Below are positions 1-12,011 of a DNA stretch of 45,978 nucleotides, piece after piece. The notes below the pieces were generated by a model. That model made no database searches, was not told where the DNA came from, and saw only the letters and a program-made list of their open reading frames with translations. The position numbers and the translations under genes were made by a program. The stretch's first letter is position 1, and the number at the start of each line of letters is the position of its first letter. Location: assembly GCA_029243585.1 (NCBI GenBank), contig JAQWRR010000092.1:1-45978 (forward strand), in the 5' to 3' direction. The DNA comes from Gammaproteobacteria bacterium (GTDB taxonomy: Bacteria > Pseudomonadota > Gammaproteobacteria > Steroidobacterales > Rariloculaceae).

Positions 1-1
1 T

Positions 2-3161
<3,160 letters not shown>

Positions 3162-3175
3162 TAAAGGCAGCGACA

Positions 3176-3895
3176 TTAATTGAGCTCACCAAGAGTTTTT
3201 TCTATCCAAGACTGAGCTTCTTCATTCAAGGACCGAGCGGATTTTGCGACACTAGGTATTGGCTTGCCAACTACAACTTGTATAGTTCCAGGGCGTTTTA
3301 GCCACCCTCTTCGAGGCCAGAAATTCCCTGCATTATGAACAACCGGAATGACAGGTTTTTCTGCCGATTTGGCTAGAAGAGCTCCGCCCAAACCATACCG
3401 TTTTGTGACGCCTAATGGCACGCGGGTTCCCTCAGGAAATACAACAACCCAAAGGCCCTCCTTTAACCGAGCACAGCCCTGTTCAATCACCTGTTCTACA
3501 GCGTTTTTTCCGTCCTGACGGTTAATTGCAATTGGTTTAAATACGCTTAGCGCCCAACCAAGAAATGGTGCCCACATCAACTCCCGTTTTAGAACCCACG
3601 TTTGTTCAGGAAAAAGTTTAAATTGAGCGAGAGTTTCCCAAGCGGAAGAGTGCTTCATTAGTATTACAGTATTTTCTCCTTGCAGATGTTGCTCTCCTTC
3701 AACAGAATAATTAAGGTCGCATAGTAGGTCCAACATATAAAAGACCGATTCAACCCAAGCAACAGCAATGCGCATGCTTTTAGAGCGCGTGAAAAAAGGA
3801 GCTGTAATAACCACTAAGAATGCATATGGCGGCAAAGAGAAGAAGAGATATAAGGTAAACAAAACAGAGCCTAACCACTGTTTCAGAACGTTCAT
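3176..3895 (-). CDS. plsC: 1-acyl-sn-glycerol-3-phosphate acyltransferase (lysophospholipid acyltransferase family)
   Basis: 239 aa with an N-terminal TM segment, an HSSAWET (HX4D-like block with E in place of D) and an FPEGTR motif. Its ATG overlaps the gmhB stop as ATGA. The position matches the Pseudomonas gyrB-adjacent acyltransferase. Confidence 0.85.
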   Translation of the reverse strand: MNVLKQWLGSVLFTLYLFFSLPPYAFLVVITAPFFTRSKSMRIAVAWVESVFYMLDLLCDLNYSVEGEQHLQGENTVILMKHSSAWETLAQFKLFPEQTWVLKRELMWAPFLGWALSVFKPIAINRQDGKNAVEQVIEQGCARLKEGLWVVVFPEGTRVPLGVTKRYGLGGALLAKSAEKPVIPVVHNAGNFWPRRGWLKRPGTIQVVVGKPIPSVAKSARSLNEEAQSWIEKTLGELN

Positions 3896-4443
3896 GTTGT
3901 GCCTTCGGCTAACAAAGCTTTAACAGCACAGGCAAGGTTTTCATAGACAGCCACTGACCTGTCTATAGAGCTCAAACTGTTCTCGCCATATCCTGTGCGC
4001 ACCAAAATGGGACGCGCGCCTGCTCGTTTAGCCAGCTCAATATCTGTCGGTTTATCCCCAATTAATGGCATACCCTTAACAAGAATTCCATGTTCATGTT
4101 CAAGGCGCTTAATCATTCCAAGCGCTGGTTTTCGGCAGTCACACGCATCGTTTGGATGGTGAGGGCAGTAATAAATGCCAGCTATGCGTCCCCCTGCTTT
4201 TTCAACCTCGCGAGTCATTTTCATATGGATGCTCTTTAGCATTTCTTCGGATATTAGCCCACGACCTATAGCGGACTGATTTGATACTACAGCCACTTCT
4301 ATCCCAGCCTGTCCAAGTGCTGATATGGCCTCAAGGCTCCCTGCAATTGGACGCCATTCTTCAGGAGACTTGATATAAAGGGCTGAGTCATGATTTATGA
4401 CACCATCCCGATCTAATATGACAAACCTTCGCTGGGCCGACAT
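3892..4443 (-). CDS. gmhB: D-glycero-beta-D-manno-heptose-1,7-bisphosphate 7-phosphatase (HAD family)
   Basis: It has the HAD motif I (FVILDRDGVIN) and the GmhB zinc-loop pattern YYCPHHPNDACDCRKP. I prefer the ATG at 4443 (MSAQRR...) because the longer tracked start at 4500 would overlap the 3' end of the GlyRS gene. Confidence 0.85.
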   Translation of the reverse strand: MSAQRRFVILDRDGVINHDSALYIKSPEEWRPIAGSLEAISALGQAGIEVAVVSNQSAIGRGLISEEMLKSIHMKMTREVEKAGGRIAGIYYCPHHPNDACDCRKPALGMIKRLEHEHGILVKGMPLIGDKPTDIELAKRAGARPILVRTGYGENSLSSIDRSVAVYENLACAVKALLAEGTT

Positions 4444-4480
4444 ATTTAATTCCGTTGGTCTTTTATTAAGTGCTATACAG

Positions 4481-6037
4481 TCATTCATCAAGCCGTTCAT
4501 TTATATATGCTAAAAGCTCGGTTGCTGGTAAGCGGATTTGTTCGCATGTATCACGCTCGCGTAGCGTGACCGTACCATTGGCCATAGTATCGCCATCAAT
4601 AGTTATACAAAATGGTGTGCCAGCTTCGTCTTGGCGTCGGTACCGCCTTCCTATAGCCCCCTTTTCATCATAAGAGCTAGTAAATTGTTTACGTAATTCG
4701 CGATAAATAGTGAGAGCTTTATCAGGCATTCCATCCTTTTTTACAAGAGGAAAGACAGCCGCCTTTATAGGCGCTAATCTGGGGTGAAGTCTTAAGACTG
4801 TTCGAGTCTCACCGCTAATTTTATCTTCTGTATAGGCATCGCATAAAAAGGCAAGTGTTGCACGGTCTGCTCCTGCTGAGGGTTCGATAACATATGGAAG
4901 GAAGCGCCTTTTCTCCTTATCTGGCTCAAGATCATCTAGATATCTAAGATCTTTTCTGCTGTGCTCCATATGTTGACGGAGATCAAAATCAGTTCGGTTT
5001 GCAATGCCCTCAAGTTCGCTTATTCCAAAAGGAAACTCATACTCTACATCAGCACATGATTCAGCGTAGTGAGCTAATTCACTCTTTTCATGTTCTCTCA
5101 AATGAAGTTTAGCCTTATCAATGCCAAGACCGATGTACCAGTTATAACGCCTATCGCGCCAATATTGGTACCAAATGCTGGCTTCTTCCGGCTTACAGAA
5201 GAATTCAATCTCCATTTGTTCAAACTCACGACTTCTAAACGTAAAGTTACGAGGGTTTATTTCATTACGAAAAGCCTTGCCTAGTTGTCCAATTCCAAAA
5301 GGCAGCCTCACTCGTGCTGTATCACATACATTTTTAAAATTCGCAAAAATCCCTTGCGCAGTTTCTGGTCTTAAATAGGCGGTACTAGAGCTATCCTTTA
5401 GAGCTCCGACATGTGTTTCAAACATAAGATTAAACGCACGCGGCTCCGTTAATGTTCCTGGTTCTGATGCTCCAGGAGCTAGCGTTCTAGCTCGTAAAGC
5501 CGCATCAGATAAAGCCCCAGGTATTTGTATCATCTTAAAGCTACCAAGAGCTTTCCTTATTTTAGAAACCTGCTTTTTATGAGAAGCTAATAACTCCTCC
5601 TCAGCTGTTGACCCTAGTTCTCCGGGAGCCGCGAATAATATTGTATTATCGTCAATTGGTTTATTAGTTTGGTCGCTTTCCACTAGACCAAAAACCACCA
5701 TCTGGTCAGCACGATACCGGTTACGGGTCTCGCGGCAGTCCACCATTGGATCGCTGAACCCATCAACATGTCCGCTAGCCTGCCAAACGCGCGGATTCAT
5801 TAAAATAGAGCTATCGATTCCTACCATAGAATATGCCGATGGCCCATCATCAATGAACATCGTTTCATCATGACGGCTAACCATATCCTGCCACCAAGCC
5901 TCTTTGACATTACGTTTTAGCTCAACCCCCAATGGACCATAATCCCAACAGCCACTAAGGCCTCCATAAATTTCACTGGAGGGAAAGATAAACCCTCTAC
6001 GCTTGGCAAGTGAGACTAACTTATCCATTAAATCCAT
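4481..6037 (-). CDS. glyQS: Glycine--tRNA ligase, homodimeric (alpha2, GlyQS) type
   Basis: The N-terminus (LAKRRGFIFPSSEIYGGLSGCWDYGPLGVELKRNVKEAWW) is characteristic of alpha2-type GlyRS (Thermus/archaeal/eukaryotic-like). The C-terminal anticodon-binding region includes GRRYRRQDEAGTPFCITID. I chose the start at ATG 6037 (MDLMDK), which has GGGAGAG upstream. Confidence 0.92.
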   Translation of the reverse strand: MDLMDKLVSLAKRRGFIFPSSEIYGGLSGCWDYGPLGVELKRNVKEAWWQDMVSRHDETMFIDDGPSAYSMVGIDSSILMNPRVWQASGHVDGFSDPMVDCRETRNRYRADQMVVFGLVESDQTNKPIDDNTILFAAPGELGSTAEEELLASHKKQVSKIRKALGSFKMIQIPGALSDAALRARTLAPGASEPGTLTEPRAFNLMFETHVGALKDSSSTAYLRPETAQGIFANFKNVCDTARVRLPFGIGQLGKAFRNEINPRNFTFRSREFEQMEIEFFCKPEEASIWYQYWRDRRYNWYIGLGIDKAKLHLREHEKSELAHYAESCADVEYEFPFGISELEGIANRTDFDLRQHMEHSRKDLRYLDDLEPDKEKRRFLPYVIEPSAGADRATLAFLCDAYTEDKISGETRTVLRLHPRLAPIKAAVFPLVKKDGMPDKALTIYRELRKQFTSSYDEKGAIGRRYRRQDEAGTPFCITIDGDTMANGTVTLRERDTCEQIRLPATELLAYINERLDE

Positions 6038-6143
6038 TGAACTCTCCCGCCACAACAACAGGGCGGCCTAAAAATTGACGCCAGTATATAGTTAGAATGC
6101 TAGCCCCAGTAGTTATTGTTAAATGCTATAAAATTTCCACTTC

Positions 6144-6191
6144 GGCACTCAAATAGGGCATCATATGCATTAATCGCACCATCCTGGGGCA
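6144..6191. promoter_or_regulatory. Two candidate NtrC (TGCACCA-N3-TGGTGCA-like) binding sites, centres 31 bp apart
   Basis: CGCACCATCCTGGGGCA (6175-6191) matches 12/14 specified consensus positions. GGCACTCAAATAGGGCA (6144-6160) matches about 10/14. Both lie roughly 230-270 bp upstream of the GS gene. Confidence 0.35.
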
Positions 6192-6253
6192 GAAGCCTTG
6201 TTGGAAAACCGATTATTTTTAGGAAAAACAAAAGCTTAGGTGATCCTTGAGTA

Positions 6254-6269
6254 TGGCATAAATATTACC
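6254..6269 (+). promoter_or_regulatory. Weak sigma-54-like -24/-12 element (TGGCAT-N5-TTAC)
   Basis: TGGCATAAATATTACC has the GG at -24 and correct spacing, but AC instead of the GC dinucleotide at -12. It lies about 65-70 bp downstream of the better NtrC-like site. Confidence 0.25.
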
Positions 6270-6415
6270 TGTAACTTATATTGTTACAAACTGTGTGATT
6301 TGCTGAAACTTCTAAGATCAAACTAAAAACATGTATTCGACCACCGACGGAATTAAACAGACCAAACGGCTTACTAAGAACTGTCATAACAAATTGAGGA
6401 GGAGCAAAGAAGCTC

Positions 6416-7426
6416 ATGAAAAGTAAATTGGAATATATTTGGCTCGACGGCTATACGCCAACGCAGAGCCTGCGGAGCAAAACACGTATTGCGTCAGACT
6501 TTGGTGGAACACTTGAAGAGTGCCCTATGTGGTCCTTTGACGGAAGTTCTACCCTACAAGCTGACGGGAGCGATTCCGACTGCCTCCTAAAACCAGTGGC
6601 CATTTATCCTGACCCCCTGCGGTTGAATGCTTACTTAGTGATGACCGAAGTTTTAAATGCCGATGGGACACCCCACGTGTCAAATGGTCGAGCTACCATA
6701 GATGACGACGACGAAGATTTCTGGTTCGGGTTCGAACAAGAGTACTTCCTTTGGGATACGATATCGGATCTTCCACCTGGGTTTCCAGAAGGAGGTTACC
6801 CAAGACCGCAAGGCCCATACTACTGTTCAGTAGGTGCCAATAACACATACGGAAGAGATTGCATTGAAGAACACTTTGATGCCTGTCTAGAAGCAGGAAT
6901 AAACATCGAAGGGATTAACGCAGAAGTAGCTGCTGGTCAGTGGGAATTCCAGGTGTTCGCAAAAGGAGCCAAGCGTGCCGGAGACGAAACTTGGATATCT
7001 CGGTATATACTTGAACGAACAGCAGAAAAACATGGATATGCAATAGAATGGCACCCTAAACCACTCGGACCAACAGACTGGAATGGATCGGGAATGCATG
7101 CAAACTTTTCTAATGTCGTAATGCGCGAGTCCGGGGATGAAAAAGTTTTTCATAAAATTTGCGAAGAATTTGGAAAAAACATTGAAAGGCATATAAGTGT
7201 TTACGGGGCAGATAACGACCAACGTCTAACTGGATTGCACGAAACACAGTCAATCAACGAATTTAGCTACGGAGTCTCTGATCGGGGCGCATCTATTCGG
7301 ATCCCTGTAGGAACAGTCGATGATGGTTGGAAAGGACGGTTAGAAGATCGCAGACCTGCATCTAACGCGGATCCTTATAAGGTTGCTGCTGCAATTGTCA
7401 AAACCACCAAGGGATCTGGCGTATAG
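6416..7426 (+). CDS. glnII: Glutamine synthetase type II (eukaryote-like GSII)
   Basis: 336 aa, the size of GSII and much shorter than the ~470 aa GSI. Motifs seen: EYIWLDG, FGFEQEYF, GINAEVAAGQWEFQV, GSGMHANFS, RLTGLHETQ, ASIRIP. It has a strong SD (GAGGAGGAG). Confidence 0.9.
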   Translation: MKSKLEYIWLDGYTPTQSLRSKTRIASDFGGTLEECPMWSFDGSSTLQADGSDSDCLLKPVAIYPDPLRLNAYLVMTEVLNADGTPHVSNGRATIDDDDEDFWFGFEQEYFLWDTISDLPPGFPEGGYPRPQGPYYCSVGANNTYGRDCIEEHFDACLEAGINIEGINAEVAAGQWEFQVFAKGAKRAGDETWISRYILERTAEKHGYAIEWHPKPLGPTDWNGSGMHANFSNVVMRESGDEKVFHKICEEFGKNIERHISVYGADNDQRLTGLHETQSINEFSYGVSDRGASIRIPVGTVDDGWKGRLEDRRPASNADPYKVAAAIVKTTKGSGV

Positions 7427-7668
7427 CATTAGTGCAATGTAGACCAAAGAAGGCAGGTGTTTTCTAATCACTAGAGCTTAAAAAGCTTTTTAGATAACGG
7501 AATCCCGTGGGGTTTTCTATGTACTATAGTCCCTAAACAGACAAGGCATCATTTAGCCTTTTCAAGTCGTAAAGCATATACGGGCCTCATAAAGAGTCCC
7601 GCGAGTCGATCGAACACTCAACCACGGTTGGCACTTATAGTGTTGTACCGAATCTATCGGAGCTATCA

Positions 7669-8757
7669 GTGAAGTCTCAAAGGGTACATTTACGGAATAT
7701 TAATTTGGATTCCGAGACAATACTCCAGGGGCTGACTACCGCGGTGGTAGCCCTAGATTTAGATTTCAATATCATAACCTTAAATTCATCAGCGGAGAGC
7801 TTGCTTGGTGTTAGCCGTACACAGGCATGTGGGAAACCCATTAGCGACTGTTTTGCTCCTTTTGATGATTTCTTGGGGTTGTGTCAACGAGCAGCAGAAA
7901 GCGGGTTGACATGTGGAGCAAGGGAAATCGCTACATGTGTTGGCGAGCGTGAGATGTTACTAGATTGCCGTGTCGCACCCCTTGAAGGATTAGCGGATCA
8001 GTTAGTTTTAGAGCTTTTTGATACAGAGCGTGATCGCCAGATTCGTCGTGAAGCGGAACTAGGAATACAACGTCGTGTAAGCCGACGCATTGTTAAACAA
8101 TTAGCACACGAAGTTAAGAATCCACTTGGAGGTTTACGAGGAGCGGCCCAGCTTTTAGCTCGTCAATTACCTACAGATGACTTGAAAGCCTACACGAAGG
8201 TGATCATTGATGAAGCTGATCGTTTAGCCTCATTAGTTGATAGCATCCTTGATGCTGGAAGGCAGTCAAATGAAGAGGTCTTTAATCTTCATGAGGTCAC
8301 TGAGCATGTGGCTAAATTAATAGATGCAGAGAGACCCGAGGGTGTCCAATTACAAAGAGACTATGATCCAAGTTTGCCGCTCACAAAGGCAGATCGGGAT
8401 CAGTTAATACAAGCATTTTTAAATATCGCAAAGAATGGTTTGCATGCTATAGGCTCAAAAGGCCTGTTAATTTTTAGGACAAGGGCGTTTAACAACTATA
8501 CGCTTAGCGGGGAAAGGCATCGCCTGGTTTTATGTGCCGAAGTTGAAGACAATGGTCCCGGGATACCTGATGAGTTGCAGGAGACCATTTTTTATCCTTT
8601 GGTAACAGGGCGTAGTACAGGTACTGGCATTGGCCTTACCATTGCGCAGGATCTTGTCAGTCGTAATGGGGGCCTAATAGAGTTTCAAAGCAATCCTGGT
8701 TCGACGAAGTTCCAAATGTTTCTGCCAGCAATATCTAATGAGCATGGGCCAAGCTAG
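7669..8757 (+). CDS. ntrB: Nitrogen regulation sensor histidine kinase NtrB
   Basis: It has an N-terminal PAS-like region, an H-box (LAHEVKNPLGGLRGAAQLL), an N-box and G-boxes (DNGPGIP, GTGIGL). The start is GTG with GGAG upstream. It is immediately followed by ntrC. Confidence 0.9.
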   Translation: MKSQRVHLRNINLDSETILQGLTTAVVALDLDFNIITLNSSAESLLGVSRTQACGKPISDCFAPFDDFLGLCQRAAESGLTCGAREIATCVGEREMLLDCRVAPLEGLADQLVLELFDTERDRQIRREAELGIQRRVSRRIVKQLAHEVKNPLGGLRGAAQLLARQLPTDDLKAYTKVIIDEADRLASLVDSILDAGRQSNEEVFNLHEVTEHVAKLIDAERPEGVQLQRDYDPSLPLTKADRDQLIQAFLNIAKNGLHAIGSKGLLIFRTRAFNNYTLSGERHRLVLCAEVEDNGPGIPDELQETIFYPLVTGRSTGTGIGLTIAQDLVSRNGGLIEFQSNPGSTKFQMFLPAISNEHGPS

Positions 8758-8768
8758 TGGCTGCTTCT

Positions 8769-10151
8769 ATGCTTTCAGTATGGGTTGTAGACGATGACGA
8801 ATCAGTTCGTTGGGTTTTAGAGCAAGCGCTTAAGCAGGCACAAATGGAGCCACGTAGTTTTGAGTCAGGAGAAGTTTTTTTTCGGGCGCTAAATAAGGAT
8901 AAACCAGACGTCATTATCACAGATATTCGTATGCCTGATATGACAGGCCTAGAGCTAATGGAAACTCTCCGTGTTCGCAATGAAGACATTCCTGTTATTG
9001 TCATAACAGCACACTCAGACCTTGATAGTGCGGTGTCCTCTTATCAGAGCGGAGCATTTGAGTATTTGCCTAAACCTTTCGATATTGATGACGCAATAGA
9101 TTTAGTTTCAAGAGCTGCAGGCCAGATATCTGGACACCAAAAAGCAGATGGAATAAAGAGCGCCCCAAGAATGATTGGGCAAGCCCCAGCGATGCAAGAA
9201 GTATTTCGAGCTATTGGCCGTTTATCACGCTCAAGCATGACCGTTTTAATTACTGGTGAGTCTGGCACAGGGAAAGAGCTTGTGGCTCGGGCACTACATG
9301 AAAACTCACCCCGTGCGGATGCGCCATTTATCGCTCTAAACACATCAGCTATTACGCCTGACTTATTAGAATCAGAATTGTTTGGTCATGAGAAAGGCGC
9401 ATTCACGGGCGCCTCTGAACGTCGAATAGGTCGGTTTGAGCAAGCTGAGGGAGGGACTCTATTCTTAGATGAGATTGGTGATATGCCAGTCGAGCTTCAG
9501 ACACATTTGTTACGTGTTTTAGCAGAAGGCGAGTTTTTCCGCGTTGGTGGGCAGAAGTCTGTCAGGGTTAATGTAAGAGTCATAGCAGCCACTAACCAAG
9601 ATCTTAGTAATGCTGTAAATATTGGGAAGTTTCGTGAGGATCTTTTCCACCGCCTCAATGTAATGGGAATAGATGTTCCCCCTTTGCGTGATCGCAAAGA
9701 AGATATAACTACACTTGCTGGCGTATACCTTAATCAGGCAGCTAGAGAGCTCGGTGTGGGACCAAAAACACTAAGTTCTGGCGCTTCACAGGCAATGTTG
9801 CATTACGATTGGCCTGGTAATGTTCGTGAGTTAGTTAACATGTGCCGGCGCTTAATGATTACTGCTGCTGGCTCGGAAATAGTCACTGCTGATTTCCCGT
9901 CGGAACTGGGAGGAGAAGGACTGTATTCCAATGATGATTGGACGCAAAGTCTTGCGCAGTGGGCAGAAGAGCAATTGTCATCTTCGCCAACGGCGCCATT
10001 GTTTACTAAGGCCTTGCCAGCTTTTGAACGAACACTGATCGAAGCAGCTTTGCGTAGTGCAGACGGAAAGCGCCTTGAAGCGGCAAGACTGTTAGGCTGT
10101 GGAAGAAATACCTTAACCCGAAAAATCAAGGAGCTAGGTCTTGATAATTAG
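8769..10151 (+). CDS. ntrC: Nitrogen regulation response regulator NtrC (sigma-54-dependent activator)
   Basis: It has a receiver domain ([18 protein letters not shown], phospho-acceptor region [11 protein letters not shown]), an AAA+ domain with GESGTGKE and the GAFTGA loop, and a C-terminal Fis-type HTH. I prefer ATG 8769 ([10 protein letters not shown]) over the tracked GTG at 8757. Confidence 0.93.
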   Translation: MLSVWVVDDDESVRWVLEQALKQAQMEPRSFESGEVFFRALNKDKPDVIITDIRMPDMTGLELMETLRVRNEDIPVIVITAHSDLDSAVSSYQSGAFEYLPKPFDIDDAIDLVSRAAGQISGHQKADGIKSAPRMIGQAPAMQEVFRAIGRLSRSSMTVLITGESGTGKELVARALHENSPRADAPFIALNTSAITPDLLESELFGHEKGAFTGASERRIGRFEQAEGGTLFLDEIGDMPVELQTHLLRVLAEGEFFRVGGQKSVRVNVRVIAATNQDLSNAVNIGKFREDLFHRLNVMGIDVPPLRDRKEDITTLAGVYLNQAARELGVGPKTLSSGASQAMLHYDWPGNVRELVNMCRRLMITAAGSEIVTADFPSELGGEGLYSNDDWTQSLAQWAEEQLSSSPTAPLFTKALPAFERTLIEAALRSADGKRLEAARLLGCGRNTLTRKIKELGLDN

Positions 10152-10181
10152 GCGCTTGACGTCAAAAGTCTAACGGTTAAA

Positions 10182-11123
10182 TCAAGGCGTACGTTTGGAT
10201 ATGTCCGAGATAATTCTTTCGGCAAGTTTTAGAGCCATGACCCCGTCATAGCCACTGACCTGGCATGGGATACCTTCTTGAATAGCGGTAATAAAAGCTT
10301 GAACTTCAGCCAAAAGAGCATCACCTTTTTCCAAAGACCATCGCTGTTCTTTTAAAGAATTTTGGTTATTGTCATCTGTATCTTCTTTTATAACCAATTG
10401 AAGTTTTCCTTCACCAAAATCGATGGATAGGTATTGCCCTTCATGGAAAACTCGAAATTTTCGTTGAACGCTTGTTGATACTCGAGATGCAGTAACGTTT
10501 GCTATTGCGCCGGTATTAAACTCTATTCGCGCGTTTGCTATATCTACACTATTGGTGATTACTGAAATGCCTATCGCTGACACGCTACGAGGGCTGCCTT
10601 CAACCAAGGAGAGTATTACATCAAGGTCGTGAATCATCAGGTCTAAAATAACATCAACGTCCGCACCTCTTCCTTTAAAGGGCGCAAGTCGATGACATTC
10701 AATGAACTGGACCTTGCCCAGTTTTTTTTGTGCTGAAACCAATGCCGGGTTAAAACGCTCAATATGTCCAACCTGTAGTCTAAGATCGTTATCTTCGGCA
10801 AGCATGGTTAGTTTTTTAGCTTCTTCGCTAGTTGTAGTTATCGGTTTTTCGACTAACACATGGACGCCATTTTTTAAAAAAAAAGATGCAAGCTCAAAAT
10901 GTGTATAAGTGTCTGTAGCAATAGTTACTGCATCTATTTTCCCTAGTAATTCTTTATAGTTGGAAATTAAAGTGACCCCATGTTTTAAGGCGATCTTTTC
11001 GCCAATGCTTTTATTAATATCGCACACAGCAACAAGGTCAACATTGTCGATAAGAGAATATTTTTCTGCATGGTAGGCCCCTAGGTGCCCTACACCGATG
11101 ACGGCTGTTCTAATATTAGTCAT
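10182..11123 (-). CDS. Gfo/Idh/MocA-family NAD-dependent sugar dehydrogenase (possible UDP-GlcNAc 3-dehydrogenase, GnnA-like)
   Basis: It has a Rossmann N-terminus (AVIGVGHLGAYHAEKY), the EKP motif (VLVEKP) and GHIERFNPA. Its ATG overlaps the lpxA stop as ATGA. The specific GnnA-like function is inferred from context only. Confidence 0.75.
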   Translation of the reverse strand: MTNIRTAVIGVGHLGAYHAEKYSLIDNVDLVAVCDINKSIGEKIALKHGVTLISNYKELLGKIDAVTIATDTYTHFELASFFLKNGVHVLVEKPITTTSEEAKKLTMLAEDNDLRLQVGHIERFNPALVSAQKKLGKVQFIECHRLAPFKGRGADVDVILDLMIHDLDVILSLVEGSPRSVSAIGISVITNSVDIANARIEFNTGAIANVTASRVSTSVQRKFRVFHEGQYLSIDFGEGKLQLVIKEDTDDNNQNSLKEQRWSLEKGDALLAEVQAFITAIQEGIPCQVSGYDGVMALKLAERIISDISKRTP

Positions 11124-11905
11124 TTACGTGCAAGGCCCTGTTTTGAACTAGAGAGAAACTGCACTAGGTGCGCAGTATATTCATCATGCTCACAATCTGT
11201 CTCAATCTTCTCTATGACTTCAGAAATAGTTAGAGAAGGTTTCAAAAAAACACGAATTGCACGGTCAATATTGCGGCGTTTTGTTTCCGATAGACCTGCT
11301 CTTTTTAAGCCAATTTTGTTAAATGCTTTAGGAATGGCCCAGTGTCCATCAGCAATGGTATAAGGAGGAATATCTTTATTAGCGTGTGCGCCTATAGCAA
11401 GAAACGAATATTCTCCGACGCGCACAAACTGCGTAACGACACAGCACCCGCCAACAATTGCATTTTTTTCGATAATGGAGTGTCCCGCTAGTTGTGCCAT
11501 ATTTGTTAGTACAACATCATTTCCAACCTGACAGTCATGGGCCACATGCGCGTACGCCATGATGAAAACGCGGTCCCCTACTTTAGTGATGCCAGTGCCT
11601 TTATCGCTTCCTAGATTCAGGGATGCTCCTTCTCCTATTCGAGTGTGATCACCTACTACTAGTTTTGTATAGCTTTTCTTGTACCCCCATTCTTGGGGTG
11701 GAGCTCCCAACATCGCCCCGCTCTGTATATGATTATGCGCACCGATTAACACCTCTCCATATGCGCTGCCAAGCCTTACATGAGATTCCACGACTGTATT
11801 AGGTCCAATTGAGACCTTGCCTTTTATGACTACATAAGGACCTATCGTTACTTCTGATGCGATAGTTGCCTCATTTGAAATGATTGATGTCGGATGAATA
11901 TTCAA
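11120..11905 (-). CDS. lpxA: Acyl-ACP--UDP-N-acetylglucosamine O-acyltransferase (LpxA family)
   Basis: 261 aa. The N-terminus (MNIHPTSIISNEATIASEVTIGPYVVI) has hexapeptide repeats throughout, followed by an LpxA-type C-terminal helical domain (GLKRAGLS...I..A.R). Confidence 0.88.
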   Translation of the reverse strand: MNIHPTSIISNEATIASEVTIGPYVVIKGKVSIGPNTVVESHVRLGSAYGEVLIGAHNHIQSGAMLGAPPQEWGYKKSYTKLVVGDHTRIGEGASLNLGSDKGTGITKVGDRVFIMAYAHVAHDCQVGNDVVLTNMAQLAGHSIIEKNAIVGGCCVVTQFVRVGEYSFLAIGAHANKDIPPYTIADGHWAIPKAFNKIGLKRAGLSETKRRNIDRAIRVFLKPSLTISEVIEKIETDCEHDEYTAHLVQFLSSSKQGLARK

Positions 11906-11957
11906 TAGAGCGTCCAGTAAAAAGGTGGTTACAATCGGATATGCTAATTATTAGGTC

Positions 11958-11981
11958 ATAGGCATGCCTATAGTAATAGGC
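11958..11981. promoter_or_regulatory. Perfect 14-bp palindrome ATAGGCATGCCTAT plus a third ATAGGC half-site
   Basis: Read directly in the 106-bp divergent intergenic region between lpxA and the GTPase gene. It is a candidate operator with no known factor assigned. Confidence 0.2.
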
Positions 11982-12011
11982 TAGAGCATAATGGCTCAAT
12001 AAGAGGACAAC

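Noticed and set aside
6059-6415. A possible glutamine riboswitch (glnA RNA motif), RNase P RNA or other structured RNA in the 357-bp region upstream of the GSII gene.
   Set aside because: I could not find the conserved glnA-motif strings (CGUUC ... GGAAGUAGG ... ACGGAAGGAACG) or the RNase P P4 signatures. Only an isolated ACGGAA is present. A covariance-model scan would be needed to be certain.
7629-7645. TGGCAC at 7629-7634 upstream of ntrB as a sigma-54 promoter.
   Set aside because: The -12 position reads GTGT rather than TTGC at the required spacing. Only the -24 half matches.
10156-10165. The perfect 10-bp palindrome TTGACGTCAA between the convergent ntrC and dehydrogenase genes, as a bidirectional terminator.
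   Set aside because: As RNA it leaves no viable loop (at most a 3-bp stem) and has no flanking U-tract. It is probably a chance palindrome.
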